From: a virus
Taxonomy: Duplodnaviria > Caudoviricetes
Virus record (IMG/VR): IMGVR_UViG_3300042923_001809
Location: 1 to 58,820 of that record
Length of the DNA stretch: 58,820 nt
Direction: 5' to 3' (one strand)
Shown: one piece after another, positions 1-10,614 of the stretch
Numbering within the stretch: position 1 is the first letter of the stretch
Layout of the letters: every line of letters starts with the position of its first letter
Notes under the pieces: generated by a model
What the model was told of the DNA's origin: nothing
Seen by the model: only the letters and a program-made list of their open reading frames with translations
Database searches by the model: none
Translations under genes and position numbers: made by a program

Positions 1-1761
1 ATGAATAGGAGTGGAAAAAAATGTGTACTTTACCCTCGTGTAAGTACCGAAATGCAGGTTGATGGGTTCAGCTTGGACGGGCAGAAAAACAGTTTAAAGC
101 GTTTTGCAGACAGAGAAGAAATGAAGATTGTAGATATTTACGAAGATGCTGGTAAATCCGGCAAATCCATAGAAGGCAGACCCGCTTTTAAACAAATGCT
201 GTATGATATTGAAAATGGTTTGGAAATTGAATATATCTTATTCTATAAGCTCTCCCGCTTTGGCAGAAATGCAGCCGATATTTTAAATTCTTTGGAACAC
301 GTTCAATCCTTTGGCGTAAACCTAATTTGCATTGAGGAAGGAATTGATTCTTCGCAGACAAGCGGAAAGCTTTTGATTTCAGTGCTGTCTGCTGTTGCTG
401 AAATAGAGCGTGAAAATATCATAGAGCAGACTATGAACGGGAGAAAAGAAAAAGCCCGTCAAGGTGGCTGGAACGGCGGGTTTGCTCCCTATGGTTACTA
501 CCTCAAAGATAAACAGCTATATATCCAAGAAAATGAAGCAGAAGCGATACGAATTATATTTGATAAATATGTAAATGGCAATATGGGATTTTATAAAATT
601 GCTAACTACCTTAATTTGCAGGGTATCCCAAAAATCAAACGTGCCAATGGTACTCTTTCTGGGTGGAGTACGCATTTTGTCAGAATGATAATTGACAATC
701 CCGTGTACTCTGGGAAAATCGCTTTTGGCAGACGGACAAGAGAAAAGGTCAAGGGCACTAAAAATGAATACCGCCAAGTACACCAAGATGAATACATTAT
801 TGCAGACGGTCAGCACGAGGCTATTATAAGCGAGGAACTATGGAAAAAGGCACATGAAAAGCGGGAAATAACAGGCGTAAAATCCCCATCTAAAATTGGT
901 CGAGACAGGGCGCACTTATTAAGTGGTATTTTAAAATGCCCGAAATGTGGTGGCCCGATGTACACCAACAAACATGCTTGGACAAACAAAGACGGTACAT
1001 ATAAAGAGATTTACTATTATGTATGCAGTAAGGCTCGCACTGCACGGGGAAAAAGCTGTGACTATAAAGCTATGCTCAAAAAAACCGACATTGAGCCGCT
1101 TGTCGTTGAGGAAATCAGAGAGTTGATTAATAATCAGGATTTTGCAGCAGAAATTAAATCAAGGATAGGCAAGGAAATTGATACTTTCACTTTAAACAGA
1201 GAACTCAAAAACTATGAAAATAAACTTAGAGAAGTGGAACTCAATAAAACCCGTCTTGAAAATGAAATTGACAGTCTGCCGGAAGATACTCGTTTTAGAG
1301 AACGCAAGCTCCATGATATGACCCTCCGGCTTGATGGGCTGTATGACACCATCGTAGAGCTGGAAGAAAAAATTGAGGATGTAAAGCTGCGCCGCAAAGC
1401 CGTGGAGCAAGATGCTATCACACTGGAAAATATCTACACCCTGCTGGCAAACTTTGATAAGGTATATGATAAAATCAGCGATGAAGAGAAAAAATCTCTA
1501 ATTTCTTCGCTAATCAAAGAAATAGAGATTTTCCCTTGTAACGAGGCTGAATTGCCTTTGAAGTCTATTTTATTCAATTTTCCTGTTTATAAAGACGGTG
1601 GAGATGTTTGTGGGTTTTTGTGGGACAAAAGTACGCACGTCTCAACGTGGCTCGAGAGGACAGAATTGATGTCATTAGAACCGTCCGTCCATGGAAACAT
1701 ATCCACCTGTTTTTCGATGTTTTTTGTGAAATGTCCGTTCGTGGAAACATATCGATTATAA
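1..1761 (+). CDS. Large serine recombinase (resolvase + recombinase + Zn-ribbon + coiled coil) of a neighbouring integrative element; C-terminus reads through the att junction
   Basis: YPRVST catalytic Ser motif, KLSRFGRN, GGWNGGFAPYGY, CPKCG..C Zn ribbon; tail after WDKSTHV looks non-native. Confidence 0.93.
   Translation: MNRSGKKCVLYPRVSTEMQVDGFSLDGQKNSLKRFADREEMKIVDIYEDAGKSGKSIEGRPAFKQMLYDIENGLEIEYILFYKLSRFGRNAADILNSLEHVQSFGVNLICIEEGIDSSQTSGKLLISVLSAVAEIERENIIEQTMNGRKEKARQGGWNGGFAPYGYYLKDKQLYIQENEAEAIRIIFDKYVNGNMGFYKIANYLNLQGIPKIKRANGTLSGWSTHFVRMIIDNPVYSGKIAFGRRTREKVKGTKNEYRQVHQDEYIIADGQHEAIISEELWKKAHEKREITGVKSPSKIGRDRAHLLSGILKCPKCGGPMYTNKHAWTNKDGTYKEIYYYVCSKARTARGKSCDYKAMLKKTDIEPLVVEEIRELINNQDFAAEIKSRIGKEIDTFTLNRELKNYENKLREVELNKTRLENEIDSLPEDTRFRERKLHDMTLRLDGLYDTIVELEEKIEDVKLRRKAVEQDAITLENIYTLLANFDKVYDKISDEEKKSLISSLIKEIEIFPCNEAELPLKSILFNFPVYKDGGDVCGFLWDKSTHVSTWLERTELMSLEPSVHGNISTCFSMFFVKCPFVETYRL
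1587..1652 (-). pseudogene. rlmD: rlmD/rumA-like 3' end fragment (SHVETCVLLSHKNPQTSPPSL*), putative attachment junction
   Basis: Minus-strand translation gives the HVETxVLL C-terminal motif of 23S rRNA m5U methyltransferases; contains the inverted repeat CACGT-CTCA-ACGTG. Confidence 0.7.
1683..1753 (-). repeat. Two 21-bp direct repeats (1683-1703, 1733-1753) encoding DMFPxT, att-like sites
   Basis: gtccgtccatggaaacatatc vs gtccgttcgtggaaacatatc (19/21 identical); minus strand reads VDMFPWT / IDMFPRT. Confidence 0.8.
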
Positions 1762-1780
1762 TACAATTCCCATCTACAAA

Positions 1781-2875
1781 TTATGCTTGTCTTGCCTTTT
1801 TTATAAGACGCTTAATATCTATGAAATTCAGTACATTATCCATAGCATCCTGATCGAGTGAAAAACCGTATTTTTCACAAACCAAATTTGCCTTTTTTAC
1901 TAATTCCCGTATACTATTTACCAGTTTGTAATTATCTAATTTATCATTTATCTCAAGATAACAATCATCAAAAATCCCATTCAGTATATCATAATTTTTT
2001 CTTTTTGCATAATATTCTATTTTGATAATTTTCCCATTAGTCGTTAACGAAATTTGTCCAATATATTTACGCATTCCATTATCTGTTTTAGTCTTTTTAT
2101 ATATCTGTAATTCAAATATAGGTATTTCCGGTATGACTAATGGTTTCATGACTTCTGTTTTCGTCTTTTCATTAGTTATTAACCCTGCTTTAATCTTTAC
2201 TGTTTGAAGGAACTTTTTTATAAGTTCATCTCTATGTCCTTTAGAATAAGTCCACATATCCCCGTATTCACTATTAAAATCTTGATATATTTTATATATT
2301 TCATCTTTACCCACTAATACTTTATATTTTTCATACAAGTCCTTACTATCAAAAGCCCTTTCTAGAGCATTGTCTCTTTCTTTTTCAAGTTTTTCACAGA
2401 CATTATATAAATTTCTTGCAAATCCAGTAAAACTTGGCATAATGACACTACATTTTAGAGGTTTATCATTTTTACGCTTTTTATCTGACTTCAACTCTTT
2501 ATCTTCCTGCTCCCGCAGTCTTACATTAACGCAATCTATTTCAACAAATGGGCATCCTTCAATACTAGAATGATTTATAGAAATGCCATAGTGTTCAATC
2601 GCCTCTTCAGCTTCTTTTAATTGATAACTCAATATTGCATACATTTTATCATCGCCATGTAATTCTTTTCCCCTCTGATACTGAGGCAATTTTTCATCTG
2701 GGATAGTGAATGCTTCTATACTTCCTCTACAATTTATTAGTGTTTCATCAAATTCCAGACAGAATGAGTATTTTGCGTTTTTATCCAATTTCTTTATTTC
2801 TTCATTAACAGCTAATTGTATCTTTTCGTTCAATTTTTCCTCAAATAAATCTGTTCCCGGTATTGTTATTTTCAT
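1781..2875 (-). CDS. Hypothetical protein (364 aa)
   Basis: Long ORF with GGAGG RBS; no recognised motif. Confidence 0.75.
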   Translation of the reverse strand: MKITIPGTDLFEEKLNEKIQLAVNEEIKKLDKNAKYSFCLEFDETLINCRGSIEAFTIPDEKLPQYQRGKELHGDDKMYAILSYQLKEAEEAIEHYGISINHSSIEGCPFVEIDCVNVRLREQEDKELKSDKKRKNDKPLKCSVIMPSFTGFARNLYNVCEKLEKERDNALERAFDSKDLYEKYKVLVGKDEIYKIYQDFNSEYGDMWTYSKGHRDELIKKFLQTVKIKAGLITNEKTKTEVMKPLVIPEIPIFELQIYKKTKTDNGMRKYIGQISLTTNGKIIKIEYYAKRKNYDILNGIFDDCYLEINDKLDNYKLVNSIRELVKKANLVCEKYGFSLDQDAMDNVLNFIDIKRLIKKARQA

Positions 2876-3004
2876 ATAATCCCTCCGTATAAATATTTAC
2901 CTTTATATTGTGATCTTCATGGCATTTCACATTATTATCCATTTCTAAAATCACCATACATATTGAATAAATATTTATAGTTGGTATTAGCCCATTATCC
3001 AAAA

Positions 3005-3039
3005 AGTAAAGCCAACTGACATCCCAATTGGCTTTACTT
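3005..3039 (-). terminator. Intrinsic terminator downstream of the TIR gene
   Basis: aagtaaagccaa...ttggctttactt inverted repeat with an adjacent A-run. Confidence 0.7.
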
Positions 3040-3055
3040 CATATTATAAATATTT

Positions 3056-4189
3056 TCAGCTATTAATTAAATGAGATATGTAATCATACCCTTTAAGTGT
3101 AGTAACAAATATTTCACCTTTAGATCCTTTTTCCTCAATATATCCTTCCTTTAATAATTCTCTTAATGAATCCTCCCATTTAGCAACTTCACGACGTTCT
3201 TGAGATGTGATTAATTCAATCCTGCCAACGCATATAGATGTACCGTCAAAAGTAATCGTTTTTATGATAGTACCTTGTGGATCAGAACACGCAGTCTTCA
3301 AGAGAATTTGAGCATTCTCGCTTAATGTATTTTGTGTGTTTTGTTTATAAACGGCATTTATAAAGTCATTTCTATTATCTTCCCACCGAACATCATTTAT
3401 TTTCACTAATCCAAATTCTTCTATTATGTTATCTTTTAATTGTCCAAGTTTACTTTTAACATCAGTTAATTCGTTATCTAATTTCAATCCAATCTTGCGT
3501 GGATTGATTGCTCCTTTTATTTCCTTGAACTCAAAACCAGGTAATAGTATTGTTGTATATCTATTCTGTAATATCCAAGCGGCACCCATTTCATTCATAC
3601 ATGCAACGCTGTCATAATAATTATCTGATAAAATAAAAATAACATGCAAATCATGATTTTGAAACTGCAGTTTTAAGTAATCATAAATATCTTCACCAAG
3701 AGGGATATCATATCCCGTTTCAGAAGAACAAAATATTTGTTGTTCATTTAATCCAATATTTTCAAACAATCTTACTAATTTAGAAACATAACCTTTATCT
3801 AAGGATGCATGACTAATAAATATCTTTGGACTCTTTTGTTTCACTATGTGTACCTCCTCTATTTTTTGGGATGATGATATTTGCGGAGAATAATATTTGT
3901 CAATATTCTTACTAATCGCAGTCAATCCACCTGCGAGCTCATTAAAGTACCTCTCATCACTCCAACCATTAAACCTCTGATTAAGAATAACCAATATACC
4001 CCATATAAATTTGTCTTTTGTCCTATCATATATTTCTTGTAATAAAAGCTGTAGTTCCTGCTTCCAATTAGCAAATTCAGGAGTATCATATATGACATTA
4101 AGTGATGGTAAGCCTCCTCCGCCCGTAATGTGAAAATGTGATCTTATCATATCAGTTTGTTGAATTAAATCCATTAAGTCATTTTTCAT
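3056..4189 (-). CDS. TIR-domain protein (central TIR_2, C-terminal winged-helix-like region), probable anti-phage protein
   Basis: KIFISHAS..D, IFCSS, VIFILSDNYYDSVACMNEMGAAW with the catalytic Glu; start moved to the ATG after GAGGTG. Confidence 0.85.
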   Translation of the reverse strand: MKNDLMDLIQQTDMIRSHFHITGGGGLPSLNVIYDTPEFANWKQELQLLLQEIYDRTKDKFIWGILVILNQRFNGWSDERYFNELAGGLTAISKNIDKYYSPQISSSQKIEEVHIVKQKSPKIFISHASLDKGYVSKLVRLFENIGLNEQQIFCSSETGYDIPLGEDIYDYLKLQFQNHDLHVIFILSDNYYDSVACMNEMGAAWILQNRYTTILLPGFEFKEIKGAINPRKIGLKLDNELTDVKSKLGQLKDNIIEEFGLVKINDVRWEDNRNDFINAVYKQNTQNTLSENAQILLKTACSDPQGTIIKTITFDGTSICVGRIELITSQERREVAKWEDSLRELLKEGYIEEKGSKGEIFVTTLKGYDYISHLINS

Positions 4190-4233
4190 TTTATCCACCT
4201 CGTAATATACTAAAAATAGCAATTAAAAATATA

Positions 4234-5190
4234 TCAGAAATTATCATTTGTAAATTCTACAATATCAGCAATGAAAGCCTTTTTATCAAATAACATCTCA
4301 ACGTAATCACAATATTGTTTCAATTTTAATTTTAGATCATCTGGTTGCTTTGCTGCAAAGAGTCTGATATCTGATAAATATGATTCTACCTCATTAATGT
4401 GTTCCCACTTTTCAATATGTTTCTGAACCACTTCCTGATGTTTTATTCGTAATTCTTGTAACTTCCTTTGTTCGGCTTCTTCTTTTTCTCTTTGCCGTTG
4501 TATCTCCCACTTTCTATTTCTTTCTGCATATGCTTCATCTTCTAAACGCTTAGCTTCTCTATTTTTATTGCTGATTTCAATTAGTACAACTCGCAAGTCA
4601 ATAAAAATATCCTTAATCTGGTCTTTCAATGCATTAATATCTTCTTTATAAGTCAATTCAAAGAGTTTATCTTTGCCTTTATTAATTGAATAAATCCTAA
4701 ATTCCAACTTACCTGAATCCACCATATCATAAAACGGCTTCATTGTTTTCACATCTGTTGGCTTCAAATCCTTATACCTGCACTTTGTTTCTAACAATGA
4801 ACACTCAAGAGTACAATATGGAAATTGAATAATAGTATTGTCATTATTCCTATTTTCCACCGATATCGAACCACCAACCGCTTGTAAAGCTTCTATAAAA
4901 TAATCCATGAAAGTATAGGCTCTCGTCCTCTGCTTATCTGAAACTTCAATATTGAGAACCGGTCTACTTCCTTGATATTTTGTGTATTTTAATCTATGCT
5001 GCAACTCATATGACATATAATCTTTATACTTTTCTTTTTCATGTAAACGGCGTTTATCAATTTCTTTATTATGTTCATCGATTAAAGAATTGTAATAATT
5101 ACCTATCAGGTGAACATTCAAATGTTTACACCACTTTTCATATTCATCGTCATTTTCAATAATTACTTTTTCAATTCCGTTCTTCTTCAA
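4234..5190 (-). CDS. Hypothetical protein with C-terminal coiled coil
   Basis: 318-aa ORF overlapping the stop of the upstream gene; E/K/R-rich helix. Confidence 0.7.
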   Translation of the reverse strand: MKKNGIEKVIIENDDEYEKWCKHLNVHLIGNYYNSLIDEHNKEIDKRRLHEKEKYKDYMSYELQHRLKYTKYQGSRPVLNIEVSDKQRTRAYTFMDYFIEALQAVGGSISVENRNNDNTIIQFPYCTLECSLLETKCRYKDLKPTDVKTMKPFYDMVDSGKLEFRIYSINKGKDKLFELTYKEDINALKDQIKDIFIDLRVVLIEISNKNREAKRLEDEAYAERNRKWEIQRQREKEEAEQRKLQELRIKHQEVVQKHIEKWEHINEVESYLSDIRLFAAKQPDDLKLKLKQYCDYVEMLFDKKAFIADIVEFTNDNF

Positions 5191-6841
5191 GGTCAGTTAC
5201 CCCACTTTCAAAATAACATCCTCCACGATAAAGTGTATCAATCAGTATTTCCAATGCATCCGAGTTCTTAACAAAATTAGGTATAAAATATCTTGTCCTA
5301 CTATCTTGAAGAACCATTGATAAGCCCGCTATAAATGTTGATAACGACGGATAATCCATGGTATTTATATATTCATGCCTTTTGTCATTTTCATATATAT
5401 AACTATTCCTTCCCCATGATCCAATATCATTAATATGAAGTCCCACAATAAAATTTCTCATGGTTGCAAGTGTGTTTACCATATCTCCAATATTAGACTT
5501 TAGTGAATTTTTACCACTACGATCTGTCAAGTCCACGGCCAGCTTTAACTGCAGCTTCATTTCTTTACATGTATTTCGCAGCCGAACAATATCTTCTACA
5601 GTAGAATATAAATAACTTTTTCCTTTATTGGATTTTGTATATCCATTTATGATGGCAATTTTCATCTTACTGTGTCTACGCATGCTTTTTTCGAATAGCT
5701 GATACTTATTAAAGAAAGCTTCCTCATTATAACCTGGTGTACTGTATGGAGATATAAATTCCAATAATTCCGGTGCTCCAAATACTTTAAAGCTTGCATG
5801 TAAATTAGATATCATAATATCCATAGCCTCTTTATCTTTCCACATAGCATCATCATTCATCTTGTCATATGTTATGCAGAGGATATAATTTGCTCCAGGA
5901 TTTTCTTTTATTATGCCGTTAGCTGTTTCAATAAATTTTATATTAGTTGTAATTTCGTTCGGATAGTCCAACCCTGAAACAAATACAGGCTTCAAAATCC
6001 TTTTTTGGCTCGCTAGATTTACTCTCTCAGTAGTGATACATAAAGTAACATATTCTGGCCAATAATCCGGATCTTTAACATCCTCAAATAGCCAATAGTA
6101 CATAATCAGCATTTCAAGTTCGCCTTTATGATCAGAAACAAACTCCCTGTGCTTATTTCTTTCGTATATGTCGTCTATATTAAAAGGATTATTTTGATAC
6201 CGATAATCATATTTGTTAATACTGTAATGCGTTTCTGTTGAACCGTCATATTCCCTTTGGATATATCTATCATAAAAACTGTATGATACGCTCTGGGCAT
6301 ATTCTAATAAATTTACATGAAAATTCCGATAAACATCCAGCACCCAGTCTATTATGAGATTATCCATTTCCTTCATACCAGATAAACTAGGCTTTTCCGT
6401 TCTTGTGCTACAATATTCCTTCGCCATCACAGATATATTGTTAAGTAACTCATCTGATGGAGTAATATTTAACTTATCTTTACATACGTATTCAGCCACT
6501 TTTCTATAATCTTCTGGCAGATAGAATAATTCACAATCTTCCATTTCTCTAAAAGCTTTCTCTACATAGCTATCTAAACGCTTTTTGCTTTCCCAATAAT
6601 ATGAGACTATAAATTCGTACGTAGTCGGATAATGCTCCATTAATCCTGCTTTAAACTTATCAACTGTCTGCTGCATTTTCATCTGCTCGTAACTATAATG
6701 TTCTAGATTTAGGTATTGATTAAAGTAATCCATTATATACTGAATTACTGCACCCATATTTTCCGAATGTTTCTTAAAATCGAACTCATCCAGCTTATCT
6801 TTCTTTTTTCTCGAAGCTATATAATCTTCTATTGATAACAC
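5171..6841 (-). CDS. Hypothetical protein; helical N-terminal half, possible degenerate TIM-barrel (AP endonuclease 2/xylose isomerase-like) C-terminal half
   Basis: GTG start after GGAGGG; motifs KIAIING, LKLAVDL, IVGLHIND. Confidence 0.7.
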   Translation of the reverse strand: MLSIEDYIASRKKKDKLDEFDFKKHSENMGAVIQYIMDYFNQYLNLEHYSYEQMKMQQTVDKFKAGLMEHYPTTYEFIVSYYWESKKRLDSYVEKAFREMEDCELFYLPEDYRKVAEYVCKDKLNITPSDELLNNISVMAKEYCSTRTEKPSLSGMKEMDNLIIDWVLDVYRNFHVNLLEYAQSVSYSFYDRYIQREYDGSTETHYSINKYDYRYQNNPFNIDDIYERNKHREFVSDHKGELEMLIMYYWLFEDVKDPDYWPEYVTLCITTERVNLASQKRILKPVFVSGLDYPNEITTNIKFIETANGIIKENPGANYILCITYDKMNDDAMWKDKEAMDIMISNLHASFKVFGAPELLEFISPYSTPGYNEEAFFNKYQLFEKSMRRHSKMKIAIINGYTKSNKGKSYLYSTVEDIVRLRNTCKEMKLQLKLAVDLTDRSGKNSLKSNIGDMVNTLATMRNFIVGLHINDIGSWGRNSYIYENDKRHEYINTMDYPSLSTFIAGLSMVLQDSRTRYFIPNFVKNSDALEILIDTLYRGGCYFESGVTDLEEERN

Positions 6842-6952
6842 AGGTATCCCTCCTACAAAAAACAGATTATCCAACAGGCTTCAATAAGTATTCAAGTAAC
6901 TTGTCTTATTTAGATTATTATAAAACATTAGCAAGTTAAATCACAAGAAAAA

Positions 6953-6993
6953 AATTCCAATCAAGATATAACTTCATATTCTTGACTGGAATT
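6953..6993. terminator. Hairpin after the recombinase module
   Basis: aattccaatcaagatat...atattcttgactggaatt imperfect inverted repeat. Confidence 0.5.
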
Positions 6994-6997
6994 ATTG

Positions 6998-8572
6998 TTA
7001 CTGCTCTTGTATTTCTACATCAATCTCTACACATGATTTTAATTCAATCGTTACCTTATCTTCATACACAGTTATTTTCTCTATCAACTTTCTAACCAAC
7101 TGTTCATCATATTCTTCCATCTTGTATTCCTGTTCGCTCAGGAATTCTTCCATTATTGCAATACTCTGCCTTTTACCATGCCGTTCAGCATTGTCCGCCA
7201 GACTATTCTGCTTAAGCTCACGTAACCGGTAAATTTCATCTGCAACTGTATTATAGTCAGATTTTGATATTGCAAGCTGGAGGATTTCCTGTTGTAGTTC
7301 TTCCAGCCTTTTGTCAATTTCAGCAGTATTATTATCATATTCCTCATTCAGAGCCGTGGCAATGTTCTTCTGCAGGATTGACAAGAACTCGTCTCTGCTA
7401 CCAATGACTTTATTGATTGCCTTTATCACAGCCTTATGTAGTGTTTCTTCATTTATAGTCGGCGAAGAACAGTCTGAGCCTTTCTCCTCAAGCCTACTGA
7501 CGCACCGCCAAACAATTGATTTACAACCCCTGTTGTTCCAATGCACTCTCCGGTATATTTCTCCGCACCCACAGTAAACTATTCCTGACAAAGCGTATTT
7601 CCCACTATATATTCGTTTTTTACCAGCTTTGCCTGAATGCAGGTTTGCCCTCCGAGCTATCTCCTCTTGTACCTGCATGAAGATTTCACGCGGTATGATG
7701 GGGTCATGGTTGTTTTCTACATAGTATTGTGGAACTATACCATTGTTGGCCACACGTCTTTTGGAGAGGAAATCCACCGTATATGTCTTTTGAAGCAAGG
7801 CGTCTCCTATATATTTTTCATTCTGTAATATTTTTCTTAACGTTTCCTGTCGCCACTTACTTTTGTTTGCTGCAGTAAGTATCTCATCTGCTTCCAATCC
7901 CCTAGCAATCTGCAGCAGGCTTGCTCCTTCAAGGTATTCCAAATAAATACGCTTTACAACTTCTGCTTCCACCGGTTCAATTATAAGTCGCTTATTTTCA
8001 TCCTTGGTATACCCTAAGAAACGATTGTGATTAATCTGTATTTCACCCTGCTGATATCGGTATTGTATACCTAACTTCACATTTTGACTAAGCGACTGAC
8101 TCTCCTGTTGAGCAAGGGATGCCATGATGGTAAGCATAACCTCCCCCTTAGAGTCCATGCTATTAATATTCTCCTTTTCAAAAAACACGGGGATGTTCTT
8201 ATCTTTCAGCTGTCGTATGTATTTAAGACAATCCAAGGTATTTCTTGCAAAACGGCTAATTGACTTAGTTATTATCATGTCAATTTTACCTGACATACAG
8301 TCTTCAATCATACGGTTGAATTCATCACGTTTCTTGGTATTGGTTCCTGAAATACCGTCATCCGCATAGATACCCGCAAGTTCCCATTCTTGGTTTCCTT
8401 GAATATAGTTTGTATAATGTTCTATCTGAACTTCATAACTGGTAGCCTGCTCTTCACTATCTGTAGAAACGCGGCAGTAGGCTGCTACCCTAAGTTTAGG
8501 CTTTTCTTCCATTTGAATATTGTTGCCAACACGAATTCGTGCCGGTATAACTCTAACACTTTTACTCTGCAT
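6998..8572 (-). CDS. Large serine recombinase (prophage integrase module, third gene)
   Basis: [26 protein letters not shown], Cys cluster. Confidence 0.95.
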   Translation of the reverse strand: MQSKSVRVIPARIRVGNNIQMEEKPKLRVAAYCRVSTDSEEQATSYEVQIEHYTNYIQGNQEWELAGIYADDGISGTNTKKRDEFNRMIEDCMSGKIDMIITKSISRFARNTLDCLKYIRQLKDKNIPVFFEKENINSMDSKGEVMLTIMASLAQQESQSLSQNVKLGIQYRYQQGEIQINHNRFLGYTKDENKRLIIEPVEAEVVKRIYLEYLEGASLLQIARGLEADEILTAANKSKWRQETLRKILQNEKYIGDALLQKTYTVDFLSKRRVANNGIVPQYYVENNHDPIIPREIFMQVQEEIARRANLHSGKAGKKRIYSGKYALSGIVYCGCGEIYRRVHWNNRGCKSIVWRCVSRLEEKGSDCSSPTINEETLHKAVIKAINKVIGSRDEFLSILQKNIATALNEEYDNNTAEIDKRLEELQQEILQLAISKSDYNTVADEIYRLRELKQNSLADNAERHGKRQSIAIMEEFLSEQEYKMEEYDEQLVRKLIEKITVYEDKVTIELKSCVEIDVEIQEQ

Positions 8573-8990
8573 CCTCTGCCACCTCACATACTATCAAACT
8601 AAAAGCATACTCCGCTTGCATATAAGGATTTTCATACAATTGTTTAGGAACAGGCATTTTGAAACATATTTTAGTTGCTACTCCCCTCATATCATCAGAT
8701 TCCCTTATTCTGCCCAGCATCTTTGCACGCCTCATCCTTTCATCTTCAGTCTTATGAAAAGTATCCTCATCTATCAGCGGAGGATAGAAGCCGTCACCAT
8801 AGTATCGTCTATTTCTCAACATTTTACCTATGGAAGGGTGCGGTTTACATATTCCCGTTTCTTTAGCAACCTCAGCCAAAGAAAGTCCTGAGAGATAAAA
8901 ATTGAACATTTTCTTAATCTGCTCTGCTTCTTTCTCAATGATCATTGCTTTTCCATTCTTAATCTCATAACCAAATGGAGTATGACTCAC
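8562..8990 (-). CDS. Small recombinase-domain protein (middle gene of the triple-recombinase cassette)
   Basis: [26 protein letters not shown] recombinase DNA-binding signature; no catalytic domain. Confidence 0.85.
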   Translation of the reverse strand: MSHTPFGYEIKNGKAMIIEKEAEQIKKMFNFYLSGLSLAEVAKETGICKPHPSIGKMLRNRRYYGDGFYPPLIDEDTFHKTEDERMRRAKMLGRIRESDDMRGVATKICFKMPVPKQLYENPYMQAEYAFSLIVCEVAEDAE

Positions 8991-10553
8991 TTACCGCACC
9001 AACCTTTCTTTTAATGTAATATTACATTTCATTTTAAATCCAATCTCTTCCTGAGAGTGAACGATAATTTTATCAACAAAGCGTTCAAAGATCTCTTCAT
9101 CAAAGTGATTAATATAGGCAGCTTTTGAAGTCCATTTGAGAAGCTGTTCCACTTCCGTAAGAACTGTCATTTCTCCGTTTATGGAATGTGATAAAGCTTT
9201 TTTCTGCTCCATAAGCGTGGCAGCTTCTTTTTTTAGCTCATTACTCTGTGAAACAAACAATGTCTGCTCAAGATATCCTTTGGCCATGAGTGTTGTCAGA
9301 ATGCGGTTACGTTCCAAATTTTCCTCCAGCTTTACTTCCAATTCCTGTATTTGCACTACATTCTCCAAATAGTCTGTTTCTTTTAGGCTCTGCAAAAGTG
9401 GTTTCAAAATGTTTTTATGGCCGTAAATTAGCTTGTTTATCATAATGACGAATGCCCTGTGAATGTCTTCTTCCCGTATAAACTTCATGGAACATTGACA
9501 AATATCCTCAATATGCTTTGAACAGCACCATGCTGCATATTCACTTTTACTGCTGCTATAATGGATCCTGCGTTTAAAAGAGCTGCCACATTCAGAACAT
9601 ATTATCTTTCCTGACAAAGAATAGCGCTTCTGATATTTATTACTTCCCTTCTCTATGTTTTTCTCTTCTCTGCGCTGATTTAACATTTTTTTTACCGTCT
9701 GGAATATCTCATGGCTTATGATTGCTTCATGGTTATTCTTGACTAGGTACTGCTCCTTTTCCCCATGGTTTCTGTGCCGTTTGAAATTCTCATCAGTATA
9801 TTTTTTTTGATATAGTGCATCCCCAACATACTTCTCATTGGTTAGAATACCGTTAATCGTACTAGCATTCCATTGTTTTCCTTTTCTTGGTGGTATGCTT
9901 TCTGCATTCAGATCTTTGGCTATTTTTGCTGTTCCTTTTCCTTCAAGCATTTCAGAAAACATACGTTTTACAATCGTTGCCTGCTCCTCATTTACCACCA
10001 TGCAGCCATTTTTATTTTCATAACCATACGGTGGACAGGACATTTTATATGTCCCATTCTGGAACCGCTTCTGGATCGACCATTTATTGTTACTAGATAT
10101 CGAAACGGATTCATTCTCCGCCAGGCTGCTTAGGATAGTCAGCATTAATTCTCCATCCATTGATTTGGTATTGATGTTTTCCTTTTCAAAATAAATGAAT
10201 ATACCAAGATTAGTCAACTTGCGTACCAGTTCGAGACAATCCATTGTATTTCTTGCAAAACGGCTTATGGACTTTGTTATAATTAAATCAATCTTCCTGC
10301 TTTCACAATCAGATATCAGCCTAGTCAGTTCCGCACGCTTTTCTTTCTTCGTACCCGTTATTCCCTCATCATAATAAATCCCTACATACTCCCAGTCTGA
10401 ATTTGCTTTTATGTAAGTTTCGTAATGATCTCTCTGCGCTTTTAGGCTGATCAATTGTTCATCTGAATCCGTGGAAACACGGCAATAAGCTGCAACCCTA
10501 AGCTTTGGTTTTAGCATGATGGGGTCAGTTGATATTTTCCTTACTATTCTCAC
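8991..10553 (-). CDS. Large serine recombinase (prophage integrase module, first gene)
   Basis: [32 protein letters not shown]. Confidence 0.95.
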   Translation of the reverse strand: MRIVRKISTDPIMLKPKLRVAAYCRVSTDSDEQLISLKAQRDHYETYIKANSDWEYVGIYYDEGITGTKKEKRAELTRLISDCESRKIDLIITKSISRFARNTMDCLELVRKLTNLGIFIYFEKENINTKSMDGELMLTILSSLAENESVSISSNNKWSIQKRFQNGTYKMSCPPYGYENKNGCMVVNEEQATIVKRMFSEMLEGKGTAKIAKDLNAESIPPRKGKQWNASTINGILTNEKYVGDALYQKKYTDENFKRHRNHGEKEQYLVKNNHEAIISHEIFQTVKKMLNQRREEKNIEKGSNKYQKRYSLSGKIICSECGSSFKRRIHYSSSKSEYAAWCCSKHIEDICQCSMKFIREEDIHRAFVIMINKLIYGHKNILKPLLQSLKETDYLENVVQIQELEVKLEENLERNRILTTLMAKGYLEQTLFVSQSNELKKEAATLMEQKKALSHSINGEMTVLTEVEQLLKWTSKAAYINHFDEEIFERFVDKIIVHSQEEIGFKMKCNITLKERLVR

Positions 10554-10578
10554 CGTTTCACCTCCCTTTCGGTATGTG

Positions 10579-10610
10579 ACATATTACCTCTAAATGCCGT
10601 GTTTATCAAG
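10579..10610 (-). promoter_or_regulatory. Promoter motif class B upstream of the recombinases
   Basis: acatattacctct-N12-tatcaag, resembling 36247-36279 and 37356-37388. Confidence 0.55.
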
Positions 10611-10614
10611 GAAT

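Noticed and set aside
1683-1753. Mini CRISPR array (21-bp repeats, 29-bp spacer)
   Set aside because: Only two repeats, no cas operon, and the repeats encode the RlmD DMFPxT motif, so att-related sites explain them better
3056-4189. Canonical Thoeris system
   Set aside because: No recognisable ThsA (SIR2/Macro) partner nearby
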